64,000 nt of DNA from Candidatus Omnitrophota bacterium. Lineage in GTDB: Bacteria > Omnitrophota > Gorgyraeia > B26-G9. Position numbers and translations under genes: made by a program. Numbering within the stretch: the first letter of the stretch is position 1; the number at the start of each line of letters is the position of its first letter. The notes beneath the pieces are model-generated. The model was not told the origin of the DNA and did no database searches. It worked only from the letters and a program-made list of their open reading frames with translations. This document shows, piece after piece, positions 49,685 to 58,005 of the stretch. Location: positions 6,283 to 70,282 of the forward strand of contig JAZDHG010000034.1 of the NCBI GenBank assembly GCA_043806135.1. Direction: 5' to 3'.

Positions 49685-50095
49685 TTAGCGGAATAAGGTA
49701 ATTTTTCTAATAAAAAAATTCCAAAAGTATACCAAGACTGTTGCTATGAATTTTGAATACAAATAATGCAGCTTTCCACGCTCGGTAAAAATCCACATGA
49801 ATAATTCATTTAAAGCTATCCCAACGATCCCGATACAAGCGAAGATAATCCATTCCATCAGCCTTGATTTGATTAAGTGTTTTTCAAAAACCCAGGTTAT
49901 GCTTAAATAATAATTGACAGATAGCCCGATTAAAAAGGCTATCGCGGCAGATACTAAGTAATATATATTGAAATATTCCGTCAAAACAAACAATGAGCCG
50001 AAATCGAATATAAACGCAATCCCTCCCACAAAAGTATATCGAAATAATTGAATTGATATATTGTTTGTTTTGGTTTTTAGTAACAGTTTTATCAT
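49685..50095 (-). CDS. GtrA-family membrane protein
   Basis: 136 aa with 4 TM helices. YTFVGGIAFIFDFGSLFVLTEYF. Confidence 0.65.
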   Translation of the reverse strand: MIKLLLKTKTNNISIQLFRYTFVGGIAFIFDFGSLFVLTEYFNIYYLVSAAIAFLIGLSVNYYLSITWVFEKHLIKSRLMEWIIFACIGIVGIALNELFMWIFTERGKLHYLYSKFIATVLVYFWNFFIRKITLFR

Positions 50096-50167
50096 AGTGG
50101 TCTTTCTTATTTTTACCAGTTAACGAGTACGCCTAATTTTATGATCGCATCATGATCCCGGATAGTA

Positions 50168-50947
50168 TTAATAAAACTTAGCCTTAAGAAGTAAAGCTAT
50201 GTCATAAATTCCTTTAAGAAACTTCGCTATCGTTTTAGGACAATGTTTGTATATTCTTTTTAAAAACCGCAGATAAGGAATTTGCTGAATATCCTGAACA
50301 TCAATTTTAAAATTTGCTTCCTTAAACGGTAATTTTCTGGCAATAAAAACGTCTATATGTCCCTGTTTTAATCCCAAAGGAATCACGATCCGGTTCTTTA
50401 AAGGGGTTTTTGCCTTACCGCCCGGGCCGGCAAGAACATCAAAACAATGCTTTTCAAACATGATCCGCATCTGTTTATGTGTCAAAACGCTGTGATGATA
50501 GAATTCTTTCGCCCACTCCATTGAGGGCATAGTTAAAACTATTACCCCGTCTTTTTTAAGAGTCCGGTAAAATTCCCGCAATACAATGGCCGGCGCGATA
50601 GCATGCTCAAAAACATCTTTAGCAACAATACAGTCAAACTTTTCCTTTTCATAAGGCAATTCATGCATATCACCATAATCAATATCAAGAGTGTAGCGTT
50701 TTTTGGCATTTTCAACTTCTAATTTATTGCGGGTAATTCCCCAAACATGAAATCCGTGCTCTTTGAGCCATTTAACCTCTGTCCCGTCCCCGCAGCCGAC
50801 CACCAGCACATCCTTCGCCTCTTTGGGCACAAAAGCCAAGACCCGGGCAGAAAGGGCTGCTTTTTCCTCATAAGGGAGATCAATGCTTTCCTGACCGCAC
50901 GCATACGGCTCCTCGCCCAAATGATTCTGCCAAATTTTGTTATCCAT
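50168..50947 (-). CDS. Class I SAM-dependent methyltransferase
   Basis: VLVVGCGDGTEV motif I, KKDGVIVLTMP. Confidence 0.65.
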   Translation of the reverse strand: MDNKIWQNHLGEEPYACGQESIDLPYEEKAALSARVLAFVPKEAKDVLVVGCGDGTEVKWLKEHGFHVWGITRNKLEVENAKKRYTLDIDYGDMHELPYEKEKFDCIVAKDVFEHAIAPAIVLREFYRTLKKDGVIVLTMPSMEWAKEFYHHSVLTHKQMRIMFEKHCFDVLAGPGGKAKTPLKNRIVIPLGLKQGHIDVFIARKLPFKEANFKIDVQDIQQIPYLRFLKRIYKHCPKTIAKFLKGIYDIALLLKAKFY

Positions 50948-51075
50948 TATATAAAGACTCCTTCTGTTTATCGCTAATTACTCAGTAAAATTTAAATCTA
51001 AACTTTCACAGCAATATAATAATTTTATAGCTGATTAAAAATAATTGAAAAAGAGTGTTTTTTTATTTTCTTGCT

Positions 51076-52503
51076 TTATATGTTCAATGACACTTTATTT
51101 TTGCTTATTAAAATTTGCTTTGCAGTTATCATCAAAATAAAATAAATACTCAGTCCGCCAAAGCTCGACAACAGTAAAATATTTAGATCTGTAGTTATAA
51201 TAAAATATTTAATAAGGCTAAGTACCCCTGCAATTAGTCCTGATATTAGAAATGCAGGTGAAATTGCTTGAACTAACATCTTATCGTCTAAATTAATTAA
51301 TTTATTACAAACATGAAGGGAGAAAGGGACCCAGCCCAATGTATATAGTGCATAAAAAGAGGCAACTCCCTTTATCCCCCATTTTAACCCTATTAGAATA
51401 CACCCGGTAACAATAAATGTTCCCACTGCCTGCAGCTTAAACTGCGTATCACTTTTTCCTTGAGACCTAAATATATTTCCCACTGTCGTCTCTATAGATT
51501 GAAACATGCCGCAAAAACATAAAATTCTTAACACCGGGATAACCGGCTCCCATTGAAAACCAAACACTACCCTAATAAATTCAGGAGCTACTACGAACAA
51601 GCCCAGCATCAAAGGAAAAGTAACCAGTGAAATCGCCTTTACCATTTTCAAGTAGTTATTTCGCACTTTCTCTAAATCATGCTGAATCTTTGAGAAAGCC
51701 GGGAACATAACTCCCTCAATGACATGAGAAACATTCTGTAAAGGATATAACATGATTTTGTAAGCTAAGGTATAAAAGCCTAATGCTCCCGCACCAAGAA
51801 ATTTACCGACCAGAAGATAATCTACATTTCTGGCAAAATACTCAACAATATTAAACCCTGTTATATTCGCGCTAAAATTGAAAATTTCCTTAATAGCATC
51901 TTTTGAAAATAAAAACGAAGGGCGCCATGACGAGAAAATCCATAATAGACAAGTCTTAACAAAAATAAAACTCATAAAATGCAAAACCAGGCTCCATACC
52001 CCCATTCCCTGCAAAGCCGCATAAATCCCGATTATGCCGGCCAGTACCACAGCGGTGCTCTCGGCTATTGAGATCGCTCTAAAATCCATCTTCTTTTGTA
52101 ACTTCGCTGACTGGACAATTGAGAAGGAGGATATAAAACAGCTTATAGATATTACTCTGATTAGATCAATCAAAATTGGTTTTGCATAAAAACTTGCTAT
52201 AAGCGGAGCGCTTAACCAGAAGATTACGACAAGAATTATACCGGCAAATATATTCAGCCAAAAAGCGGAAGAATAATGTTCCTCATTTACTTTTTCTCTT
52301 TGGATTAAAGCTGCGCTTACCCCTAACTCTCCAAACATTAACGCAAATCCAAAATAGACTGTAACCATTCCAATAAGACCAAAATCATACGGTGTTAACA
52401 AGCGGGCAAGGATAGCGAGAATAACAAACTGACTAATTTGCCTAAATATACGAGTTCCAAAAGACCAGCCAAGGCCCTGAATAGTTTTTTTTCTTAAACT
52501 CAT
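51076..52503 (-). CDS. wzx: Wzx-type flippase (MOP superfamily polysaccharide transporter)
   Basis: About 14 TM helices. N-terminus MSLRKKTIQGLGWSFGTRIFRQISQFVILAILARLLTP is typical of Wzx/RfbX. The start is taken at the internal ATG, 7 codons inside the track ORF. Confidence 0.7.
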   Translation of the reverse strand: MSLRKKTIQGLGWSFGTRIFRQISQFVILAILARLLTPYDFGLIGMVTVYFGFALMFGELGVSAALIQREKVNEEHYSSAFWLNIFAGIILVVIFWLSAPLIASFYAKPILIDLIRVISISCFISSFSIVQSAKLQKKMDFRAISIAESTAVVLAGIIGIYAALQGMGVWSLVLHFMSFIFVKTCLLWIFSSWRPSFLFSKDAIKEIFNFSANITGFNIVEYFARNVDYLLVGKFLGAGALGFYTLAYKIMLYPLQNVSHVIEGVMFPAFSKIQHDLEKVRNNYLKMVKAISLVTFPLMLGLFVVAPEFIRVVFGFQWEPVIPVLRILCFCGMFQSIETTVGNIFRSQGKSDTQFKLQAVGTFIVTGCILIGLKWGIKGVASFYALYTLGWVPFSLHVCNKLINLDDKMLVQAISPAFLISGLIAGVLSLIKYFIITTDLNILLLSSFGGLSIYFILMITAKQILISKNKVSLNI

Positions 52504-52547
52504 TAGTTTAACTCCGATATGCAATATTAAAAAACCTATATTCCATT

Positions 52548-54044
52548 TTAGACTTTAAAATTCAAAACATATTTGACCCGAACCCATAATTCCCTTGGAC
52601 TCTTATAGTGCTCTTTAAGTTCAAGAAATAACTTATACGGATTAAGCATCTTCAGCCTTTGCTTTTTCCGGTTGTGCCGCAAAAATTCTTTTTCAGTACT
52701 TTCAATAATATCTTGCAAACGATCTTTTGGTAATTTATTCGTTAAAAACATACCCGGACTCTGATGAAAAAAAGTGCTCCAATTTATGTTTTTTGGGATA
52801 AGACCATCCTGCTTATACATCTCATAGAGCTCAGTTGCGGGATAAGGCGTGGAAATACTGTAAACTGCAAATTGAGGATCCAGTTCTTTCATAAAATCAA
52901 CTGTCTGCTTTATCTCATCTTCACCTTCCCATGGGAATCCAATCATGAAAAATATAGCCGTTTCCATGCGATTTTTCTTGCAAATCTTCACTGCCCTGCG
53001 TATTTGGTCCAAGGTAATGTTCTTTTTTATCTTTTTTAGAGTAAGTTCGCTGCCTGATTCCGCACCAAGCAAAATTTTTGAACAGCCTGCTTTTTTCATA
53101 ATTTTTAACAAATCATCTGTTAATAAATCAACTCTTGTTTCGCATCCCCAGTTTATCCTGATATTTTTGGATAATAAAAGAGTACATATCTGTTTAACAT
53201 AAGAGATATTAAGTGAAAAACTATCATCTTCAAAATGAAAATAAGCCGGGTTATAGCTGGTATTAATGCGCTCAATCTCATTGATAACATTTTCAGGGGA
53301 TCTATACCTGACTTTCTTTGACCATATAGCATTTGAAGCGCAAAAAATACAATTATAGGGACAGCCGCGGCTTGCAAAAATACGGCTGAAGTCATCAGGA
53401 AGCATTTTCTCCTTATTTATAATAAGATAATTCACCGGATGAGGAAGCTCATCTAAATCAGTGACCAACTCTCTGGGAGCATTTCTAACTATCTTGCCAT
53501 TTACCTTATGTACAATGCCCCTGATCTGCGTCAAATCCATTTTTCCTTCAAGAATTGCCCGGGTGAGGTCTAAAAAACTATACTCTCCTTCTCCAAACAC
53601 TAAAAAATCAAAACAATCATTATTAATAGTTTCCTCAGGCAAGAGCGTGGGATGAAGTCCGCCAACTACAACCTTAATTTCCGGATTGATCCTTTTTACA
53701 AGTTTACCTAGGGTTAGAGAGGCCTGGTATTTTGGTGTTAGAACCGTAATCCCAACAATTTTGGGGTTATATTCCCTGATTACTGCTTCTGCTTCCTTCC
53801 AAATCGGCGCATCTATACTGGACACCGTCTCTAAATACTTGGCATAATTTTTTGTTGTGGAAAAAGCATCGACAGGATAGGCACCTCTTTGCAAATCCGC
53901 GTTATATACGCGAGACTGGATACCATTTTTTTCAAGGACAGCAGCAAGGCTGCATAATCCTATAGGACGAGTAGATTTTTGCTGGCCAAAAAATCGATAC
54001 CAAGGAGGGTCAATAAGTAGAACATCTAGATTTTCTTTAGCCAT
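52548..54044 (-). CDS. B12-binding-domain radical SAM enzyme (class B)
   Basis: CPYNCIFC, N-terminal VLLIDPP B12 domain. The start is taken at MAKEN. Confidence 0.8.
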   Translation of the reverse strand: MAKENLDVLLIDPPWYRFFGQQKSTRPIGLCSLAAVLEKNGIQSRVYNADLQRGAYPVDAFSTTKNYAKYLETVSSIDAPIWKEAEAVIREYNPKIVGITVLTPKYQASLTLGKLVKRINPEIKVVVGGLHPTLLPEETINNDCFDFLVFGEGEYSFLDLTRAILEGKMDLTQIRGIVHKVNGKIVRNAPRELVTDLDELPHPVNYLIINKEKMLPDDFSRIFASRGCPYNCIFCASNAIWSKKVRYRSPENVINEIERINTSYNPAYFHFEDDSFSLNISYVKQICTLLLSKNIRINWGCETRVDLLTDDLLKIMKKAGCSKILLGAESGSELTLKKIKKNITLDQIRRAVKICKKNRMETAIFFMIGFPWEGEDEIKQTVDFMKELDPQFAVYSISTPYPATELYEMYKQDGLIPKNINWSTFFHQSPGMFLTNKLPKDRLQDIIESTEKEFLRHNRKKQRLKMLNPYKLFLELKEHYKSPRELWVRVKYVLNFKV

Positions 54045-54220
54045 AATACATACCATTCCCGCGCTTATATGTTCTTTAAGCCCACAAAACAGTTCCGACC
54101 TTAATAATTCAGCATAACTCTTTTTATTATTATAACATACGATTAAATCAACATCAATATCGGTTATGTACTTAAGACAAATAACTTCACGGAATCAATA
54201 AGCTTTTTTCTTATGCTTTA

Positions 54221-55018
54221 TTAAAAAGACTTTATTTTTCCAAGGAACATATTTTTAAAATAAGTGAGCTGCTGCAGAAAGTAAAGATAGGGGCTGAAAA
54301 CCGATTTATATGAGGGGGCATTTTCTCTCTTATCGCTAATATACAATGCTTTTTTCTTAGTATTGGCTCTAGCGATTTGGATAGAGAATGGGGTCATTAA
54401 AACTATTTTTAAATCAAATAACATTGATCTGTTTTGAATATAAAAGAGGTCGTGTTCTACTCTTTTAATAATTGATGTATTAGCGCGATACCCATTAACC
54501 TGTGCCCATCCGGTAAGCCCTGCTTTAACAGTATGACGCAAATCATAATTCTTAATTGTCTTCTTAAACCGCTCAATAAAATATGGTCTTTCCGGTCTGG
54601 GGCCTACTAAACTCATATCTCCCCGCAGCACATTCACCAACTGGGGAAGCTCGTCAATAAGCAGGATTCTCAATAACCGTCCGAATCTAGTGCTTCTGGG
54701 ATCATCGGTCTTTCCCCACTCAGGGCCTTTGTCGTTTTCCACCTTATCCGGCATTGAACGGAATTTATACAACCAGAATACTCTCCCGCCCTTTGTGCAT
54801 CTTTCTTGCTTATAAATAACCGGGCCCGGAGAGCTTAACTTAACCATTATTGCCACGAACAACATTAAAGGGGAACTTAGTATCAATAACAATAACGATC
54901 CCGCTATATCCATTACCCTTTTTATAAAAGCATAAGAGAAGATTAAAGAACATATCTCCGCAGCTTCGTTCAAATATGATTGTCTATTTGCTAGATTTAA
55001 AGTATGATTAATAAACAT
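54221..55018 (-). CDS. Polyprenyl-phosphate glycosyl-1-phosphate transferase (PglC/WbaP-C-like priming enzyme)
   Basis: Single N-terminal TM, LYKFRSM ... DELPQL ... GDMSLVGPRP signature of bacterial sugar transferases. Confidence 0.8.
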   Translation of the reverse strand: MFINHTLNLANRQSYLNEAAEICSLIFSYAFIKRVMDIAGSLLLLILSSPLMLFVAIMVKLSSPGPVIYKQERCTKGGRVFWLYKFRSMPDKVENDKGPEWGKTDDPRSTRFGRLLRILLIDELPQLVNVLRGDMSLVGPRPERPYFIERFKKTIKNYDLRHTVKAGLTGWAQVNGYRANTSIIKRVEHDLFYIQNRSMLFDLKIVLMTPFSIQIARANTKKKALYISDKRENAPSYKSVFSPYLYFLQQLTYFKNMFLGKIKSF

Positions 55019-55052
55019 TATTTTCTTTCCTTAATTTTGTAATTTAAATTTA

Positions 55053-56717
55053 TTAGGCCATTTCTTTATTAATATCCAACTCCAGATCATAAAACTTAAC
55101 CCCTGCAGCGTATCCAGGGTTACCGTCATTTACTGCGACAGGAGATGTCCAAACTACTACCCCGTTACCCACAATAGGCTTCATTTTATCACGATGTATT
55201 TCAAATTCAAGAATATTTTTCGGCTGTAATTTTTCGGTTGTGACAATCTTCATTCCTGAACGCCCGACATCCTTACTCCAGCATATATGTTTCTTTTTTT
55301 GTCCGACAACTGTACATGTAACTTTATTAGATGTTTTTGAACGCTGTGACGATCTCCTTTCTTCAAATTTCCCAAAATCATGTTCGGATTGCACTTCATG
55401 CACAGAAGAAACAGAAAAAACAAGGGCCATGGCAAACCCAATCGTTAACCCGACAAGTACCCCCAACAAAAGATTAGTCAATAAATTTGGTTTAACCGGA
55501 GAATCCGGAACATCGGCAAGTTCTATTATTTCTGCATCAGGAAGCATATTGGTTCTCTGTTTTAAAATTTTTAACTCTTGGAGCTTTGCCTTAAGATCAG
55601 CATAAACTTCTCTTTTCATTTCAATATCACGATTGAGCCGGGCTAATTTAGGCTGGGTTTGAAGCGCTTTATTTAGCCTATTGGTTTGTTTTTCGTGATT
55701 TTCAATCAATGCTTCTTTTTTTCCAATTAAAGATTTTTTTTCTATCACTAAAGATTCTATCTCTGCCTTTACAATCTTATCGCTTTCCTTAGCCAGATCG
55801 ATTGTTAATTTAGCAATCGCCGCCTGAGCAACCATTACATCCGGATGATTTAAATTAAATTCTCCCATTAAAACATCCATCTTGAGATCAGCTAAACGGA
55901 TTTGTGATTTTAAGTCGTTTATAAGTTCATTATCTGTAAGAAATTTCAGGTTTAAATTTTCAGAATCATTTTTCTCCACCCGCCCTTTAATTTCAACGAT
56001 TTTAGTATTTAACATCTCTATATCAGCGTTAACAGCAGCTACATGCATGTCTAAATCAGCATATTTTTGCAGACTCAAAACTATATCCGACCCAAAGAGC
56101 ATAATCATATTATCTTGACTAGCTATTTCATTCAACTCCTCCTCAACAGCGTTAAAATCCTTTTTTGCCGTTTCGATCTCTTTTTCCAAGGCGGAAATAA
56201 TTCGCTCGACAGTTTCACTTTTTAATTTTACTCTGTTTTCAATATAGGTTTCTGCTATCGCATTTGCTAACATTGAGGCAAACAAAGGGTTCGGCTGCTG
56301 TACCTGAAGCTCTAAAACATTTGTGCCTTCTAATAGAGTAAGACTGATTTTTTTCTGTAACATACTCTTATTTAATGAGTTGGGATCCAAACCTTTAAAT
56401 TCCTCTTTCGAAAAATCTATTTTTTGCAGTGCCTTGTCTATAACAGATCTGCTCTTTATAATTTCAGCTTGTGAATTAGCAAATTGCCATCCGGTCTCAT
56501 AAGAGGGAAACTCATCTTTAGGATTGAGTTTCTCTTCCCTAACCAATATTTTTGTACTTACCTCATATATGGGTTTCACAAATACTTTAGTAGCAAAAAA
56601 AGCAGCCGCCAGTGTTATGATAATTGAGCTAGCAATAATCAGTTTACCTCTTCTAATAACATTCAGGATATCGATTGAATCAATATCATTTTGTATTAAA
56701 TTTGAATTTTTCATCAT
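55053..56717 (-). CDS. Polysaccharide chain-length determinant protein (Wzz/GumC-like, no kinase domain) with a C-terminal PilZ-like domain
   Basis: N-terminal Wzz region plus TM1, a long coiled-coil periplasmic region, and TM2 (LLTNLLLGVLVGLTIGFAMALVF). The roughly 100-aa cytoplasmic tail has RRSSQR (RxxxR) and a degenerate DVGRSG, followed by beta-strand patterning reminiscent of PilZ. Confidence 0.7.
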   Translation of the reverse strand: MMKNSNLIQNDIDSIDILNVIRRGKLIIASSIIITLAAAFFATKVFVKPIYEVSTKILVREEKLNPKDEFPSYETGWQFANSQAEIIKSRSVIDKALQKIDFSKEEFKGLDPNSLNKSMLQKKISLTLLEGTNVLELQVQQPNPLFASMLANAIAETYIENRVKLKSETVERIISALEKEIETAKKDFNAVEEELNEIASQDNMIMLFGSDIVLSLQKYADLDMHVAAVNADIEMLNTKIVEIKGRVEKNDSENLNLKFLTDNELINDLKSQIRLADLKMDVLMGEFNLNHPDVMVAQAAIAKLTIDLAKESDKIVKAEIESLVIEKKSLIGKKEALIENHEKQTNRLNKALQTQPKLARLNRDIEMKREVYADLKAKLQELKILKQRTNMLPDAEIIELADVPDSPVKPNLLTNLLLGVLVGLTIGFAMALVFSVSSVHEVQSEHDFGKFEERRSSQRSKTSNKVTCTVVGQKKKHICWSKDVGRSGMKIVTTEKLQPKNILEFEIHRDKMKPIVGNGVVVWTSPVAVNDGNPGYAAGVKFYDLELDINKEMA

Positions 56718-56740
56718 ATAATCACCCTATCTTTTTATTA

Positions 56741-57541
56741 TTAATCTTCAGCAATTTTATAGATTAAATAAGTATCCGCAATGGGTTTGATGGTTCTTCC
56801 GAAAAAGGAGAACAGGTCATCCATTTTACCTATAAAAGTTTTCGGCACATAAACAATATCTCCCGGCTGAAGAATTACATCATTTCTTACTTTTCCTTCT
56901 TTAAGCACGCTTTTTAAATCCGCCGTGAATATATGCGGAACTTTATCATATGGATTACGTATAATAACCGTGTTTTCTAAGTATGAATATTGGGCATACC
57001 CTCCGGATTTGCCTATAGCTTCCAATGCTGTCAGACGCCCCGAAATATTATACATTCCCGGATTTCTAACCTCTCCAAGCACAAGAATCTTTTTACTTCC
57101 GATTTCATTGACTATTACCGTTACCTGGGGATCAAGAATATATTTGTCCTGGAGCCTTGCTGCAATAACTTTGCTTAATTTTTCCGGGCTCAGTCCGCCG
57201 GCTTTTATTTCACCAGCAAGAGGGAGAGATATTCTCCCGTCAGGGCGTATGGTAATTGTTCTGCTTAGATCTTCATTGCGCCATACAGATACCTCTATTA
57301 CATCACCGGATTCAAGCATATACTCAGGATCAGTACCTTTTTCAAAAATTGATTCCTGCTCTTTTGCTATAGACTCTGCTTTCTCAATACTATAGTTTTG
57401 AGCAATATCCTGTTCGCGGTTAACTATATTTGTTGTCGCTGAATATGCTATAACTGAAAAAACAAGCATGCTGGCAAAAGCTAATAAAACTAATAAATTA
57501 ATTAAAACTGCCTTGATAAAAAGTTTTGATCGTTTTTTCAT
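56741..57541 (-). CDS. wza: Wza-type outer-membrane polysaccharide export protein (OPX; Poly_export + SLBB)
   Basis: Signal peptide. GDVIEVSVW..ISLPLAGEIKAGGLSPEKL (Poly_export motif) and an SLBB-like C-terminus. Confidence 0.75.
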   Translation of the reverse strand: MKKRSKLFIKAVLINLLVLLAFASMLVFSVIAYSATTNIVNREQDIAQNYSIEKAESIAKEQESIFEKGTDPEYMLESGDVIEVSVWRNEDLSRTITIRPDGRISLPLAGEIKAGGLSPEKLSKVIAARLQDKYILDPQVTVIVNEIGSKKILVLGEVRNPGMYNISGRLTALEAIGKSGGYAQYSYLENTVIIRNPYDKVPHIFTADLKSVLKEGKVRNDVILQPGDIVYVPKTFIGKMDDLFSFFGRTIKPIADTYLIYKIAED

Positions 57542-57545
57542 TTTA

Positions 57546-57776
57546 TCACCCTCTGTTTGTTAGCCGTAATAAGACCGGATTGAGATTGCTTTCGTTCCAG
57601 GTAACTTCCCATGAAGACAAGTTCCCGTCTTCGAAATGACCATTTGTGAGCATATTCGCCTGGCAAGTTAATGGAACTTGTATGAGAATAATTACACTCA
57701 CGATAAATATTATTTGCTTAATAGTTTCCCTTTTCACTGCTCTTCTCCCGTTAAATTTCATTTGACTGTGAGCCAC
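57546..57776 (-). CDS. Small secreted hypothetical, possibly a CBM-like fragment
   Basis: 76 aa. Signal-like hydrophobic stretch then NGHFEDGNLSSWEV, reminiscent of the start of carbohydrate-binding modules. Ends 4 nt before wza. Confidence 0.25.
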   Translation of the reverse strand: MAHSQMKFNGRRAVKRETIKQIIFIVSVIILIQVPLTCQANMLTNGHFEDGNLSSWEVTWNESNLNPVLLRLTNRG

Positions 57777-58005
57777 CTTTTAAAGAAGGTTCTAAAGTAT
57801 ACCTGATAAGTTGAATTTTTGCAAGGAAATTTTAAAGTTTTCTTTATTTTTTTAAAAGTTTTTTTAAAATTATAACACATTGATAATAAACATTTTATGA
57901 TAATGATACCTGCAATTTTTCTAAAATTTTACACTGATTTAAAACATCAAACCTCAGGAATATTTTCAGGAAGAAAAAGATAGGCTTTAAGTCTTTTAAA
58001 TATAA

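Noticed and set aside
56925-57395. 156-aa plus-strand ORF
   Set aside because: Antisense to wza. No independent signals.
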